64,000 bases of DNA, taken from positions 91,390,001-91,454,000 of the forward strand of contig CM052817.1 of NCBI GenBank assembly GCA_028534125.1, written 5' to 3'. Positions 39,019-50,172 of this stretch are shown here, piece after piece. Within the stretch, counting starts at the first letter, position 1; each line of letters begins with the position of its first letter. The notes beneath the pieces were generated by a model. The model was not told where the DNA came from. It searched no databases and saw only the letters and a list, made by a program, of their open reading frames with translations. A program made the position numbers and the translations under genes. This DNA comes from Lama glama (taxonomy: Eukaryota).

Positions 39019-39085
39019 AGCCGTTCTGGAGCCTGACCGGGGCCAGCAGCTTCGGAAAGGACCGCAACAACGTGGACAGCGCCAT
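39019..39085 (-). CDS. NDUFC1: NDUFC1 first coding exon (complex I subunit C1/KFYI, mitochondrial presequence)
   Basis: aagATGg at 39085 gives MALSTLLRSFPKLLAPVRLQNG. 67 nt, donor T|GTAAGT. Confidence 0.95.
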
Positions 39086-39146
39086 CTTGCTGGGCAGGGC
39101 TCCGCCTCCCACAGCCCGGCCGCTCCAGGGGTTGGCACCGGGCCGA

Positions 39147-39160
39147 GCGCCCCCTGGCGG
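39147..39160 (-). promoter_or_regulatory. CTCF core motif
   Basis: Minus strand reads CCGCCAGGGGGCGC, a near-perfect CTCF core consensus. Confidence 0.65.
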
Positions 39161-40914
39161 GCGGAGTTGCGGAACTCCAGGTTCTAAGGCTGCGCTGGGT
39201 GGGGGTGTTAACTTCACGAATCGCAGTTACCATCGAGTACACTAGCTCCCCTGGTCCCAGCCCTCAGTGTGCAAAAGTGGGGTTAGGAAGGTGATGATTA
39301 AAAGGGGGGAAAATGATTTGTTTAGCCACATCTCTGTACTCTGAGAGGTTTATTTCAGGTCCCTACCCTAGGGACAGTCAGAGAGATTTACCAAAATCTT
39401 CCTGCGTGAGCGGGAAAACTGAAGTGTCGTGTTGAATACTAGCATTTTGACTGAATTTTGTATTCCAGGGACTGTGCATTAAAGCACCAGATAATTTACA
39501 TGCACTGTCTCATTTCACCTTCACTACAACCGCATGGCATGCTGCGCTTATTATTCTTAATTTATAGATGAAGCTCAAAGAAGACAAGCTATTCATTAAA
39601 GTTGACACATACCTTGTATTTGAAAAGCCCTCCTACAGCTTCCAAAGTAAGTCTGTTTATACGCACTAGCATAGTAAAGCCTCACAACCCCATGAAGAAA
39701 AGAGAATCCTCGTATTTCAGAAGTGCCCCGAATGGCTCAAGATCACATAGACGGAGATGTTGCGACTTGGATTGAGGTCTTCCGACTCCAGACCTAGTGA
39801 CCTTCATCAGCCCAAATAACAGGCTTAGACAGTCCCCTGAGGCCATGAGCTCCAGAGCAGTCTCTAAGTACCAAGTTCTAAGCGCCATTCCTACTCACCT
39901 CTTTTTAACTATATGATTCTTAGGCAAATTATTTAACCTTTCTATTCCTCAGTTTTATATCGGTAACGGAAAACCTTTCCTACAGGGTCGCTGGAAACCT
40001 TGGGACGTGTCTGGTAGTTGCAAACAACTTGTTTTCGCCTATCTCTTTGATACTTATTGTACTGACCAACAGGTTTTATCTTTCACATTTGAGAAATTTT
40101 TTGTGTATTTAATTCTCAATTCAATCTGATGTCTAAAGGCTGTAAAAATAGATACAGGTAAAAGAGGTAATATATTTTTATACTTTAATCCTTTAAACCT
40201 AATGCTATTTAGGTTCATTTTAAGAGTAAAATAAGTATTAGCAAATCTCTTTTTCCTTCTATATTTTCTGTAGCAATGTTATTGAAAAAAAATGTTCAAC
40301 CAAAAGTTACTGACCAAAGAGTAAAATAATTGTACTATGTTTTCTGGTTCACTTTTACATGCAACTGATGGTTAAATAGATTGCTAAACTGTAAGTCATT
40401 TTATAGTTTGTAACCTAGTTTGAGCCTTCTGGATGCATGCTCAAGTAAGCAAAGCACCCAACTAACATGCTGAGTCAGTTGCTGGTTCTCAGCTTCTTGG
40501 CTTCTTGTCCACTCAGCAACCTGTCAGTTGTATATCCTTTCTACACCATCCCTTGGAAGCTTGTCCTGACACAGCTTTTGCTAGTATCCAGCAAGTTGGA
40601 ACAGAAGCCACATTTAGTCAGAGCATACAGAGCCAGTAGGAAAGTTACTAATTTCAATATTGCTGTTGGAAAAGGCTGTTTTGTTCTTTTGCCCCTCTGT
40701 ATCCTTTTACTAGTGTATATTTTGGGAAAGTGATGAAGTATAAGCACATTTCTCTCAGCATTTTAGAGCTGATGGAACCCTACACCTGGAGTAGGCAGCT
40801 GTAGATGAAACTCCATCTTGAAGAGAATCCTGATGAAGCAATTCCAGCCAGGAGCTAATAGCTATGATATTTTGGTGGAAGTTGCTACATGACATTCATT
40901 TAAGCATCTCCTGA

Positions 40915-41458
40915 ATTTGACTGCTAAAACCTAATTTACGACCCAAGCAAAGTGGGGAAGGATTTGAATTAGCAGCTAGAAAACCAAATTTTATTCCCAG
41001 ATTTTTCCACTGGGAAATGTCTTACTCAAGTCACACGTCCCAGGGAGGATTAAAGAAGAGTGAGAGTTGGAAAACAGTATAAAGTGTAAAAGTAGTTCCT
41101 ACATGTTTATTGATTTATGATGCATGAGAATCCTACACATCAAATTCAGGATCTGGAGAGGGATGGATTTATCTGCAAGTTTTCATTAAAAAAAAAAAGA
41201 AGCAATCACAAAATGTTAGCATTTTGTAAGTGTGGTGGCAAATAGATTTCTTTTATGTTTATTTCTATAAAATTCAAATGCGTAAAGATGTAAAAGTGTC
41301 AACAGAGAACATCTTACATACATGAAGGTGGAGGAATTTTATTCTACATATCCCTTTTGTAGAATTAAAGTTTGCAAAGTTATTTATTTATTTATGGTTA
41401 ATTTATCACAATAGTGATATGCAAATACATGGAGGGTAAGATAAATAAGCTAACCACC

Positions 41459-41490
<32 letters not shown>

Positions 41491-42565
41491 TATCATCATC
41501 TGGCCTTGGATATGTTAACTCCCTGCATAGCTGTCATTCAAAGCATAATCAGTTAAATGGGATTTCTATTTGTCAAATAGTGGTGATCTATCCTCCCAGA
41601 TATTTTATTGTTGAGTTCAGGTTATCAAATCACTGACTGTGTGGTCCAACTGCTATCTGTAGGTGCATTTTAACTAGGATATGACTCAAATAAATGTTGA
41701 ATCAGTATATTCACTGAGTCATAAAAATTGCTATTTGTTTGTTACCAGCCAAAAAGAACGTAATATTTGCCAAATTGTTTGCTGGCTCATCTATTCATTT
41801 AGTCATCTTCTGGTGGAAACTATTGTTCATTTCAAAGACTAGAAATTTTCTTCCCCCAAGGTGAAAATAGACTATTATTTACAGGAGAAATTTAGAAAAC
41901 CATAGGAAATAATATTGCTCTAGGACTTTTGGATATAAAGCTAGAGATTTGGAAACCCAAGTTAGTAGCTAAGCTAAAATTATCACCTTAAATTGGAGAA
42001 TTTTTCTACCTTTTAGTAGTTTAGAGAGTTGAAAGACCTGTTGGGGACAGTGAAGTTGGAAGGTTATCACTAAATAACAACCGTTTTTATGAATTCTGAA
42101 TTTTATCTTATTTTTTAAAAAAAGTTAAAGTAAAAAAAAACTGGCCGTATTTCAAAACTCACACACGGTTTCTGGTAGATACACTTTTCTGAATGAAACT
42201 TTCGAAGATAGATCACAGAATTTGAGGAAATTCCAGGATTTGACTGTTAAAACCTTATTTATGATCAAGGCAAAAGGAGAGAGCATTCGAGATAGCAGCT
42301 AGAAAACCCACGCATTAGTCTCAGATTTTTACACTGGGAAACATCTTACTCAACTCACACTTTCCATAGAGGATTAAAGAAGAGCAAGCTGAAAACGGTA
42401 AAAAACAAAACAAAACAAAAAACACACACACACAAAAAAAACAAAAACAGAAACACCCCAAAAACCTCTTTAAATATGATTAAAAGAGCAAAGCTACTGC
42501 ACTTATTATTTAATGATTCATGATGCAAAGAATGCTACTACTGATCGGATTCAGGATCTGGAGAG
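40915..42565 (+). repeat. Diverged direct duplication (copies at 40915-41160 and 42238-42565)
   Basis: Shared collinear blocks ATTTGACTG.TAAAACC, TAGCAGCTAGAAAACC, CACTGGGAAA..TCTTACTCAA.TCACAC, GAGGATTAAAGAAGAG, ATTCAGGATCTGGAGAG. Confidence 0.85.
41454..41500 (+). repeat. (CAC)n(CAT)n trinucleotide microsatellite
   Basis: Directly visible. Confidence 0.95.
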
Positions 42566-43249
42566 AGAATCAAAAACAATCAAGGGTAAAAATAGCTCAT
42601 ATGATGTGAAAATTTGTAGTCATCAATAGAATGCCACATTTTAAATGGCTTTACTGTCGATTGCTAATGAAATGACTTGGAAGAGGCACTATTCGATATC
42701 CAGTCTGACCTTGTTTCCTGAAGCAGTTTTCTAGTATTCTTGCCAGATACTCTTCGGCTTCCTAAGATGTGAAGATTTCTAGTGACGGGGAGTCAGTGAC
42801 CTTGAATTCTCCACTACCCCAAGGTGACTCATACAGTCCTCAACCCTGCATTGTGTGAACTCAGTGATAAAATAAAAACACGCACTTTAACCTTCAGATG
42901 CTTCTCTGACAGTGCAAACATGGCACTTCGGATCTGGCTGACTACTTTTCCAGGCCTTCAAGTAATAAACTAAATCACCGATAGCCCAGCTAGATCCATT
43001 TAATTGGTTAACTATTTCACGCTTTTCAGACTCCATTAAGCCCCATCCTCTCCATATCTGTTTACAAGTCCCCACTGGGGTGAAGCCTTCATTTCCCCTC
43101 TGCCTCTGCTGCTTAATTAGGCACAAACAGCGCTTTTGGACACCTGCATTTAAGCACTTCAGACTCAAACTATGATTATACAGACTGGGAGAGAGTACCC
43201 AATGGACGAAAAGCCAATCTAGCAAGGCATAGAAAGGCTATTTTTGATG

Positions 43250-44560
43250 CATAGGCGGTCAAAACCGCAGTTGGCCACTCTCCCCTCACTCCGCGGACGC
43301 CTCCCAGACACCGCCCCCAAAAGATGGGCGGGCTCGGCCGCGACCCTCGCCGCCTCCGCGAGCCAGCCGGCCTCCAGGTTTCCCAGCAAGCTCCGGGACA
43401 GAGGAGGTGGGGAAAGGAGGTCATCGCGCCTGCGTGCTAGGAGGTGTGACCCGGGTGGGAAAGCCCTCCGCGTCCGCCATTTTGGCTGCCTCTGTCGGTC
43501 TGTTCAGTTACCACGTGAACCGCCGACGGAGACCCGTGGGGGGGGAGGCGGCGGCAACGTTAAGTGAGAAAAGAAAAAAGACAACGAGGGGAAGGGGGTG
43601 TCGGGGTTGGGTGACGCGGTGACACTCGAAGCCTGGTGGCGGCGGTGGATCGGGGCACTCAAGGCTGAAGCAGCCGGGGAACGACGGCGGCGGCGGCGGT
43701 CGGACAAACGGACTGACCGAGCCGGGCGGTGGCGGGAGCAGCGGGAGGAGCCGGAACGATGCCGGCCGTGAGCCTCCCGCCCAAGGAGAACGCGCTCTTC
43801 AAGCGGATCTTGGTAAGTGTGAGGCTCCGGGTAAGCAGCGAGGAGGATTTAGCCGGCACACGGGCCTGTCACCCCTAACCTCGGCCCACCGGGCACCGGG
43901 CCACTCTGGCCTGGGACCCCGCCTTCGTACTCCTAGTCAGGCCGAATGCCCTCCCTCGTCCCCTCCTTGTGGTTCTCACTTCGGCCCGCGCTCCAGGGAC
44001 CACAGGCTTCCTCCTCCAGTCCCCACGCTTCGGAGGCCGTGGTTCCGGAGTAGGCCCCGTTCTCCTCGCTTCTAGACTGCCGGTTTTCATTCGTCCCGAG
44101 CGAAGGGAGCAGAGGCCTGGCGTTTAGCAGCGAAGCGGACAGCACGGGCAGGAGTCGCGGCTCGGTCGGTGCGGGAACCCTGCCGGCAGGCTGGGGTGGC
44201 ACCCATGGAAGGAACAGGTGGTGCGGATGCGGCACAGCTCATTCATTGCCCAAGCGCGTCTCTCCCTCCATCGTCCGTCCCTCCCTCTTCCTCTCCTCTT
44301 GGGATTCACCTGTCCCCGCCCGACTCGGGGTCACTGAATGACCTGGTAGGAGGGAAGGAAGAAAAAAGTTGGAAGAGGAAAGGAAGCTTTCTAAGCCACT
44401 ACCTCCCTTGTAGTCATTAGCATGCTTGACTCTGCAGCTTCTCGGCCTCTCTTTCCCTCCTTTCTGGAGTGGGGAAAAGACATTTATTTCTTAGTTTCCG
44501 AGCGGGAAACAGCCCCACCCCATCACCCTCCTCGGGAGGTGGGGCCCATTGCGAGGGGGC
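43250..44560. promoter_or_regulatory. NAA15 CpG-island promoter / 5' UTR, probably bidirectional with NDUFC1
   Basis: CpG island with YY1 motif CCGCCATTTTG (43474-43484), NRF1-like GCGCCTGCG (about 43426-43434), E-box CACGTG (43512-43517) and a (GGC)n run in the UTR. Confidence 0.88.
43759..43812 (+). CDS. NAA15: NAA15 coding exon 1 (NatA auxiliary subunit); the gene continues beyond the window
   Basis: MPAVSLPPKENALFKRIL followed by donor TTG|GTAAGT. Exon 2 (RCYEHKQY...) was not found in the window. Confidence 0.97.
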
Positions 44561-45654
44561 GGTCCAGTAGGAAGTGAAAAGTTAAGAGCTTTTAGTTGAG
44601 AAGTTCTAGACACGGATTTTCTTACAGCCTGAAGTGCATTAACACTGATGCAAAAAATTAGCAGCAGAGAGAAGAGAATATAGGGACTTTTGAAATAAAT
44701 GTTTTGACGCTAACTCAAGCTCGATAATTCTCTGCATGTCAAATGTGTGCAGCCCGTATTTTTTAATACCATAAATGCGATGATGTTTGGAGGGACTGTT
44801 TACATTGTAATAAACATCTTGTAGCATGGCTACTATAATTAATAAATTGTAGCACATTTTTTGTTTGGCATTTAGTGTGTGGATTGCCGCTTTCATGCAA
44901 ACAGTTCTTCGAGAAAGAATTTGCCAAACTTAAGACGTAAGATTTACAGAGTCTGTGAAAGTGTTAGTTTTTTCCTCTTGTAATTTATATTTATTTCATT
45001 TGCTTAAAAAGTATAACAACTCTGGGGATCCGGGTTTTCTAAACACAAGACACTAATCCATGTTGAACTAAGTTTGATTTTACAAGAACATCCATATGCT
45101 TACAGATTTAGTCAATTCGTGTGGAAAAACATGAAAGTCACATCCAGTACTATGTAATCACTCTTAGTTATCTTGAAATTCTTAATGCTTTTTTTTTTTT
45201 TTGGTTTTAAGACTAATTGGCGTATGGGTGGGACTATAGCAAAGTTTTGCCAGAACAGTTTATTTATTTTTCAACATTTAAAAAGACTAATTGGTGTGTG
45301 GTTTCGACTATAACATCATTTTAGGATAGCAGTTTGTCTTTAACCTTCCTCTCCAACTCTTTATTTTGAAAAAATTCAAATTAAAAAGTTGAGACAAGAG
45401 TACAAGGAGCCCTCATAAACCCTTTACCCAAATTTAATATTTAACAATTTGCCAGATTTGCTTTTTCTCTCTCCTCATACTTATGTACAAGAGTTAAAAG
45501 TAAGTTGCAGGCCTAATACTTCATCCCTAAATGCTTCAGGAAGCATCTTCTAAGAATAAGGACATTGTCTTGTATAACCATAATACTATTAACCATTCCC
45601 TAATATTGTCTAATATCCAGTTCATACTCAAGTTTTTTCAGTTATTAGGGCAGC

Positions 45655-46225
45655 ACTTTTTAAAAAATTAAACTTTTAATTTTGGGGTAACTGTAGGGTC
45701 ACACATTAAGAAATAATACAGAGATTGCCTTGTACCCTTTACCCAGTTTTCCCTTGCTAATGCTTTGCAAAGCATTATCAATATCATAACATTGATACAG
45801 TCTGCTAATCTTACTAAGATTTTTCTGTTTTACTTGTACCAATTTGTGTGTATATGTAATTATTTGCGATGTTATCACATGTGTAGATTACATAACCATC
45901 ACTACAGTCAATATACAGAACAGTTCCATGAGCACAAGGATCTCTCTGTTGCCCTTTTAGAACCACACCCTCCCCCATCCCTCCCATCTCCTCCACCTCC
46001 GCACTCTGGCAACCACTACTAATCTGTTCTCTATTTTTATAATTTGGTTATTTTAAGAATGTTTACTGAAAAGAATCATACACTATATAACTTTTTAGGA
46101 TTAGCTTTTTTTTTTTTGCAACCTTGAGATTCACCCAATATGTTGGACAAATCAATAGTTTGTCCTTCTTAATTGCTGAATAGAATTTGGTGATATGGAT
46201 GTACCATTGTTTAACCATTCACAGA
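45655..46225 (-). mobile_element. L1MC-like 3' UTR
   Basis: Reverse-complement homologue of the 20.7-21.1 kb element (CTGGCAACCACTA..AATCTGTTCTCTATTT). Confidence 0.75.
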
Positions 46226-47521
46226 AAAGCAGTTTTTGATTAAACATCTTAAACTTTTTTTGTTTTTGGTGGTGATACTGGGGAGAAACCTTTAAGTTCG
46301 TTGCTAAAATCAAAGTGCTAAAGGATTTCTTATCATAAGGTGTATGCGGGAGAAATGTGAAATACCACTAAACAAAAGGAAATATAATGTCCTTATTCTT
46401 TTACATTTAGGTTGAAGAAAATGTTACTAACCAAAATTATGGTTAGTATTTGCTTTTTCAAAATTGCTTCTGCTTCCTCAGTATTTGTAGTAGTTAGCGT
46501 TTTTGATTTTAAGCTCCTCCCCACCCTCCCCCTTTGTAATCAAGTGTTGCTAGGTTGGTAACTTAAATCATTCCAGGAGCATTCAGTTTTTGTTAGTTGT
46601 ACTATATTTGTTTGTAGTAAACTTGGGTAGAAATGAAGTTAGTTTGTATTTTTTTTTCAATCCGAAAAACCTCAATTTCAAAATAATGGAGTATATTTTT
46701 GCCTTAGTTTTTCGAAGGAAACCTGGTTTACGCGTCAGTTTGCAAGAAGTTTCAGTTTCTGTAGTGTATTTGCCTGGCTTGTTCTAGTCTAGTTGATATC
46801 TAAAGTTAGTTTTGTTGCATATGTGGCCCATCTTTTTTCCTATATTACCCTACTGTTTTCTGGCTAAAGCATTGCCATAAGTTGGTCAAAAAGTCTGTAA
46901 AATGTGTCTTGTCTATGATTTGTGTATAGAAATGGCAGGTGATGAATTTAATGTGATATTATGTAGGAGTTTAGTTTAAAGAAGAGTTGTTTGTGTTTGT
47001 CAGAAGTCTTTTTGTTGTTGTAATTACATAGTATTTTAACAATTTGGTAAACTAAATCATTAGAAAATTGTGGCTTTGCCTACTCATGATGCTGTTTGTT
47101 TCTCTAAGTAATTAAAGGGGCGTTACCAGATCTTCACACTGCTTTCTTAGGATATAAGTTAAGGGTAGGAGCAATGAGGTTGCTAGGGTAGAATGAAATC
47201 GACACCTTTCTGGATTTTAGCCCACTTGGACAAGTTGGACGTACCCTAATGCCTCAAAATCAAGTTGCTAGTTTGGTGACTGTTGCTGCTGTTGTTTTAT
47301 TCTCTCTCCTTTCCAGATGTTAATGTGAGCTATAAGAAAAAAAAGTCTAAGTTGGGAGTACTTAAACATTGTACATCGTTAATCTATTTTTAGACTTTTG
47401 CCTGAATGATTTATGTTGTTAGTTAAAAGTTAGAATAGAATTTTTCCTTTCTCAGAAAAGTGGTAAGAGAAGTTAACATAGCATGGTGATAATATTTGTG
47501 ATTTACTGAAAACTTAGCATT

Positions 47522-47725
47522 TGTACAGCACAGTAGAACTTTCTGCGATGATGGGAATGTTCTGTATGTGCTTTGTCCATTATGATAGCCATTAGCCACA
47601 TGTGGCTGTTGTACACTTGAAATATGGCTAGTGTGATTAGGAACTGAATTTTTCATTTTAATTAATTTAAATTTAAATTCAGATAGCCATATGTGGTGAA
47701 TGGTTACCATTTTGGACAGTGCACT
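47522..47725. mobile_element. MER3-like MITE
   Basis: TAGAACTTTCTGCGATGATGGGAATGTTCTG...AGCCACATGTGGCT. Confidence 0.8.
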
Positions 47726-50041
47726 TCCTAGAATTCTTTAGTCTCGAAACTTCTCAAGATGGGGATATTTTTATTAAAGAAGCAGATTGAGCTTAAGGTT
47801 AACAGCTAGTGTAAGAGTCAGGAATCAAAACTTGTTTTTTCAGAGCACTTACACCACATTTGCTTAGTTTTTTGTTAGGTAAAAGGAGTGGTAGTAATTG
47901 TTACATGGCTGTGTATATTGTAGGTACTCACAGATGTAGGTAAATTATTTTGTTATTTATTGCTTTTGGAAAAAAGTGCTGTCTGTACAGTTAATGATAC
48001 TTAGGTTGGATTTAGTTGCAGATGAAATTGACATTAGGATGTTAATAAGTAGATTTCCATATGCACATGGAAGATCAGCTGACTTAAACTTTATGTAACA
48101 ATAATAGCTTTGCAACTGAGTGTGGACAGTAACCTTGAAATTGATTTTGCCTGTAGTGCATGTGTTTAAAATATAACAAAGAAAAAATAAAAAATGGAAA
48201 CAAAGTTTTACCTGCTGTGAAGTCCCCTTTCTTCTGAATACAATTGATAATCAAATGTTTGAACTACAATAAATTTGTTTAAAAGTGTATTAGAAAATGA
48301 AATGCAATGTTGCTGTAATGTAAATATACTATATTCTTATAAAATTCACAAAATACTTTTTTTAAGTCTATAAAAAATCTTATGGGAAGCAAAAACTGTT
48401 TGATAATGTGGCAAGTTCACTGTTTTCTTTTTAATTCCTGCCCTAAATCCTTTCTGGAATGGGTGTAGTATGAATGAACAAATAAGTATATGTTTTTTAT
48501 GTAAATTCACAAAGCATATACATTTTTAAATGCTTTGTTGTGTTAGAGACTGAAATGTTTAAGTGATACTTTTGGGTTAAGAGTAGGTTAAAATTCTTGT
48601 TTACGCAGATTATTTGGAGAATAGAGTACTCTGGTTAAAAGAAGAATACAGTTTAGTTTTCAAAAGTAGACAACACTGTATGTGCAGAAAAGCAGACAGA
48701 AGCGTAATAGGGAACTGAATTTAACATTTGATTCTGCGAGCATTTCGAAGCTTTGCAGTCTCTGGCTTTTATTGGGGATTACACAAACTAAGTTATTTGA
48801 TGATAATAGAGTTGCCATCCCAACTATTAATTTGAAGACTGGTTAAAAGCAGTTTCCACAGAGGCAGACATGGTGTTCTATATGATTGAAGGGACTGGAA
48901 AGCTACTCGTCAACGGACTTTAACTATAGTAATCTCTTTGCTTAGTACATATTCTTATTTTCTTTGATGTTTCTACTTCTAATAATGCATTTCTCAGCAT
49001 TGATTGAAATATATTTTCTTTGTTCATAAAGTGTTTTTGGACATAAAGAGCTAGGGCATAGAAGGGATCATATGCAAAGGACTGTTCAGAATCCCTCTCT
49101 CCAATACCTTTATATCTCATTTCTTCTCTTGTTTCTTTCAGAATTCTGCATAAATGTTATATAGAGGCTAGAAGTCCTCTTCAATTCAACCTTCTTATTT
49201 TCTTCCTTGCTTAATTTTTTTCCTATCACATTATTATCTGACATATGTATAAGTAATTTATCATGTTTTCCACAATTAAAATGTAGGTTTTATGGGATAG
49301 GGACTTTGTTAATTGCTGTTCCCCCATTAGTTAGAATAATGACTATAATAGGTATTGAATAAATATTTTTGTATTCAATGAGTGTTAAGACAGTCACTAC
49401 ATGGTAGGAGAGAGAGAGATCTTTGGATTTTGTGCTTGCATAAAGATTCTTGGAGAAGGGAGTTAAGCTGGGCCTTGGCTTTGTAGAATACATCATTATA
49501 TGAGGTAATTGTAGGGTATCAGGCAAAACCTGTATTACCCGATAAGACCTTGGAAGTTTCATTTATGAATGAATCATAGTATTAGGTTTGTTTACATGGC
49601 CTTTCTCCCATCACAAAAGCATAATAAGAGAAAATTTTTATTGTTTCTTTTTTGGTGGTTTCAGCATTGGAGGAAAAATGGCATCTGGATTAAATAAGGA
49701 TGTTTGTCATGAGGAGCCTGTTGAATCAGATAGTAAGGCTCAGTCATCTGTAGTTTCATAAAGCTCTAAAGCTGATTCTGACAGAGTCAGCAGTGAGGAT
49801 GACTGTATATGATATTATGAGACAGAATATAAAATGTTAGAAGGGAAAACTTTTGTAATTTAGAGTTGCTTTGTGAGTGTTTTTCAGATAATTTAAAAAT
49901 CAAATTGAATTCTTGGAATTTGAGAAAGGTATGCTGGAGAGCTGGTGTGGCAGAGCAAGCCACTTAACTAATCAGTGAACCTAGCCAACCATTAGCATTC
50001 ATATCTAGTACAACTTTGCTCTCTGTTTATAGGCAATAGCC

Positions 50042-50172
50042 AGGGAAGGGTATAGCTCAAGTGGTAGAATGCATGCTCAGCATCCAAGAGGTCCCGGGTT
50101 CAATCCCCTGTACCTCCTCCAAGCAGAACTCAATGAAGAAACGTCATTACCTCCCTCTCAGAAAACAAACAA
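50042..50172 (+). mobile_element. tRNA-derived SINE (Vic-1-like)
   Basis: SINE head; TSD TATAGGCAATAGCC at 50028-50041 and 50173-50186. Confidence 0.9.

Larger units (their letters stand above)
38690..39250. promoter_or_regulatory. CpG island over the NDUFC1 start exon
   Basis: Dense CpG and GC. A YY1-type AAGATGGCG overlaps the ATG. Confidence 0.8.

Noticed and set aside
38553..39245. Cluster of overlapping ORFs on both strands
   Set aside because: CpG-island stop-codon depletion. Only 39019-39085 is coding (NDUFC1).
41454..41500. Poly-His coding tract
   Set aside because: Simple microsatellite with no surrounding ORF or splice sites.
42887..44420. Multiple ORFs around the NAA15 promoter
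   Set aside because: GC-rich artefacts, many with non-ATG starts. The real exon is 43759-43812.
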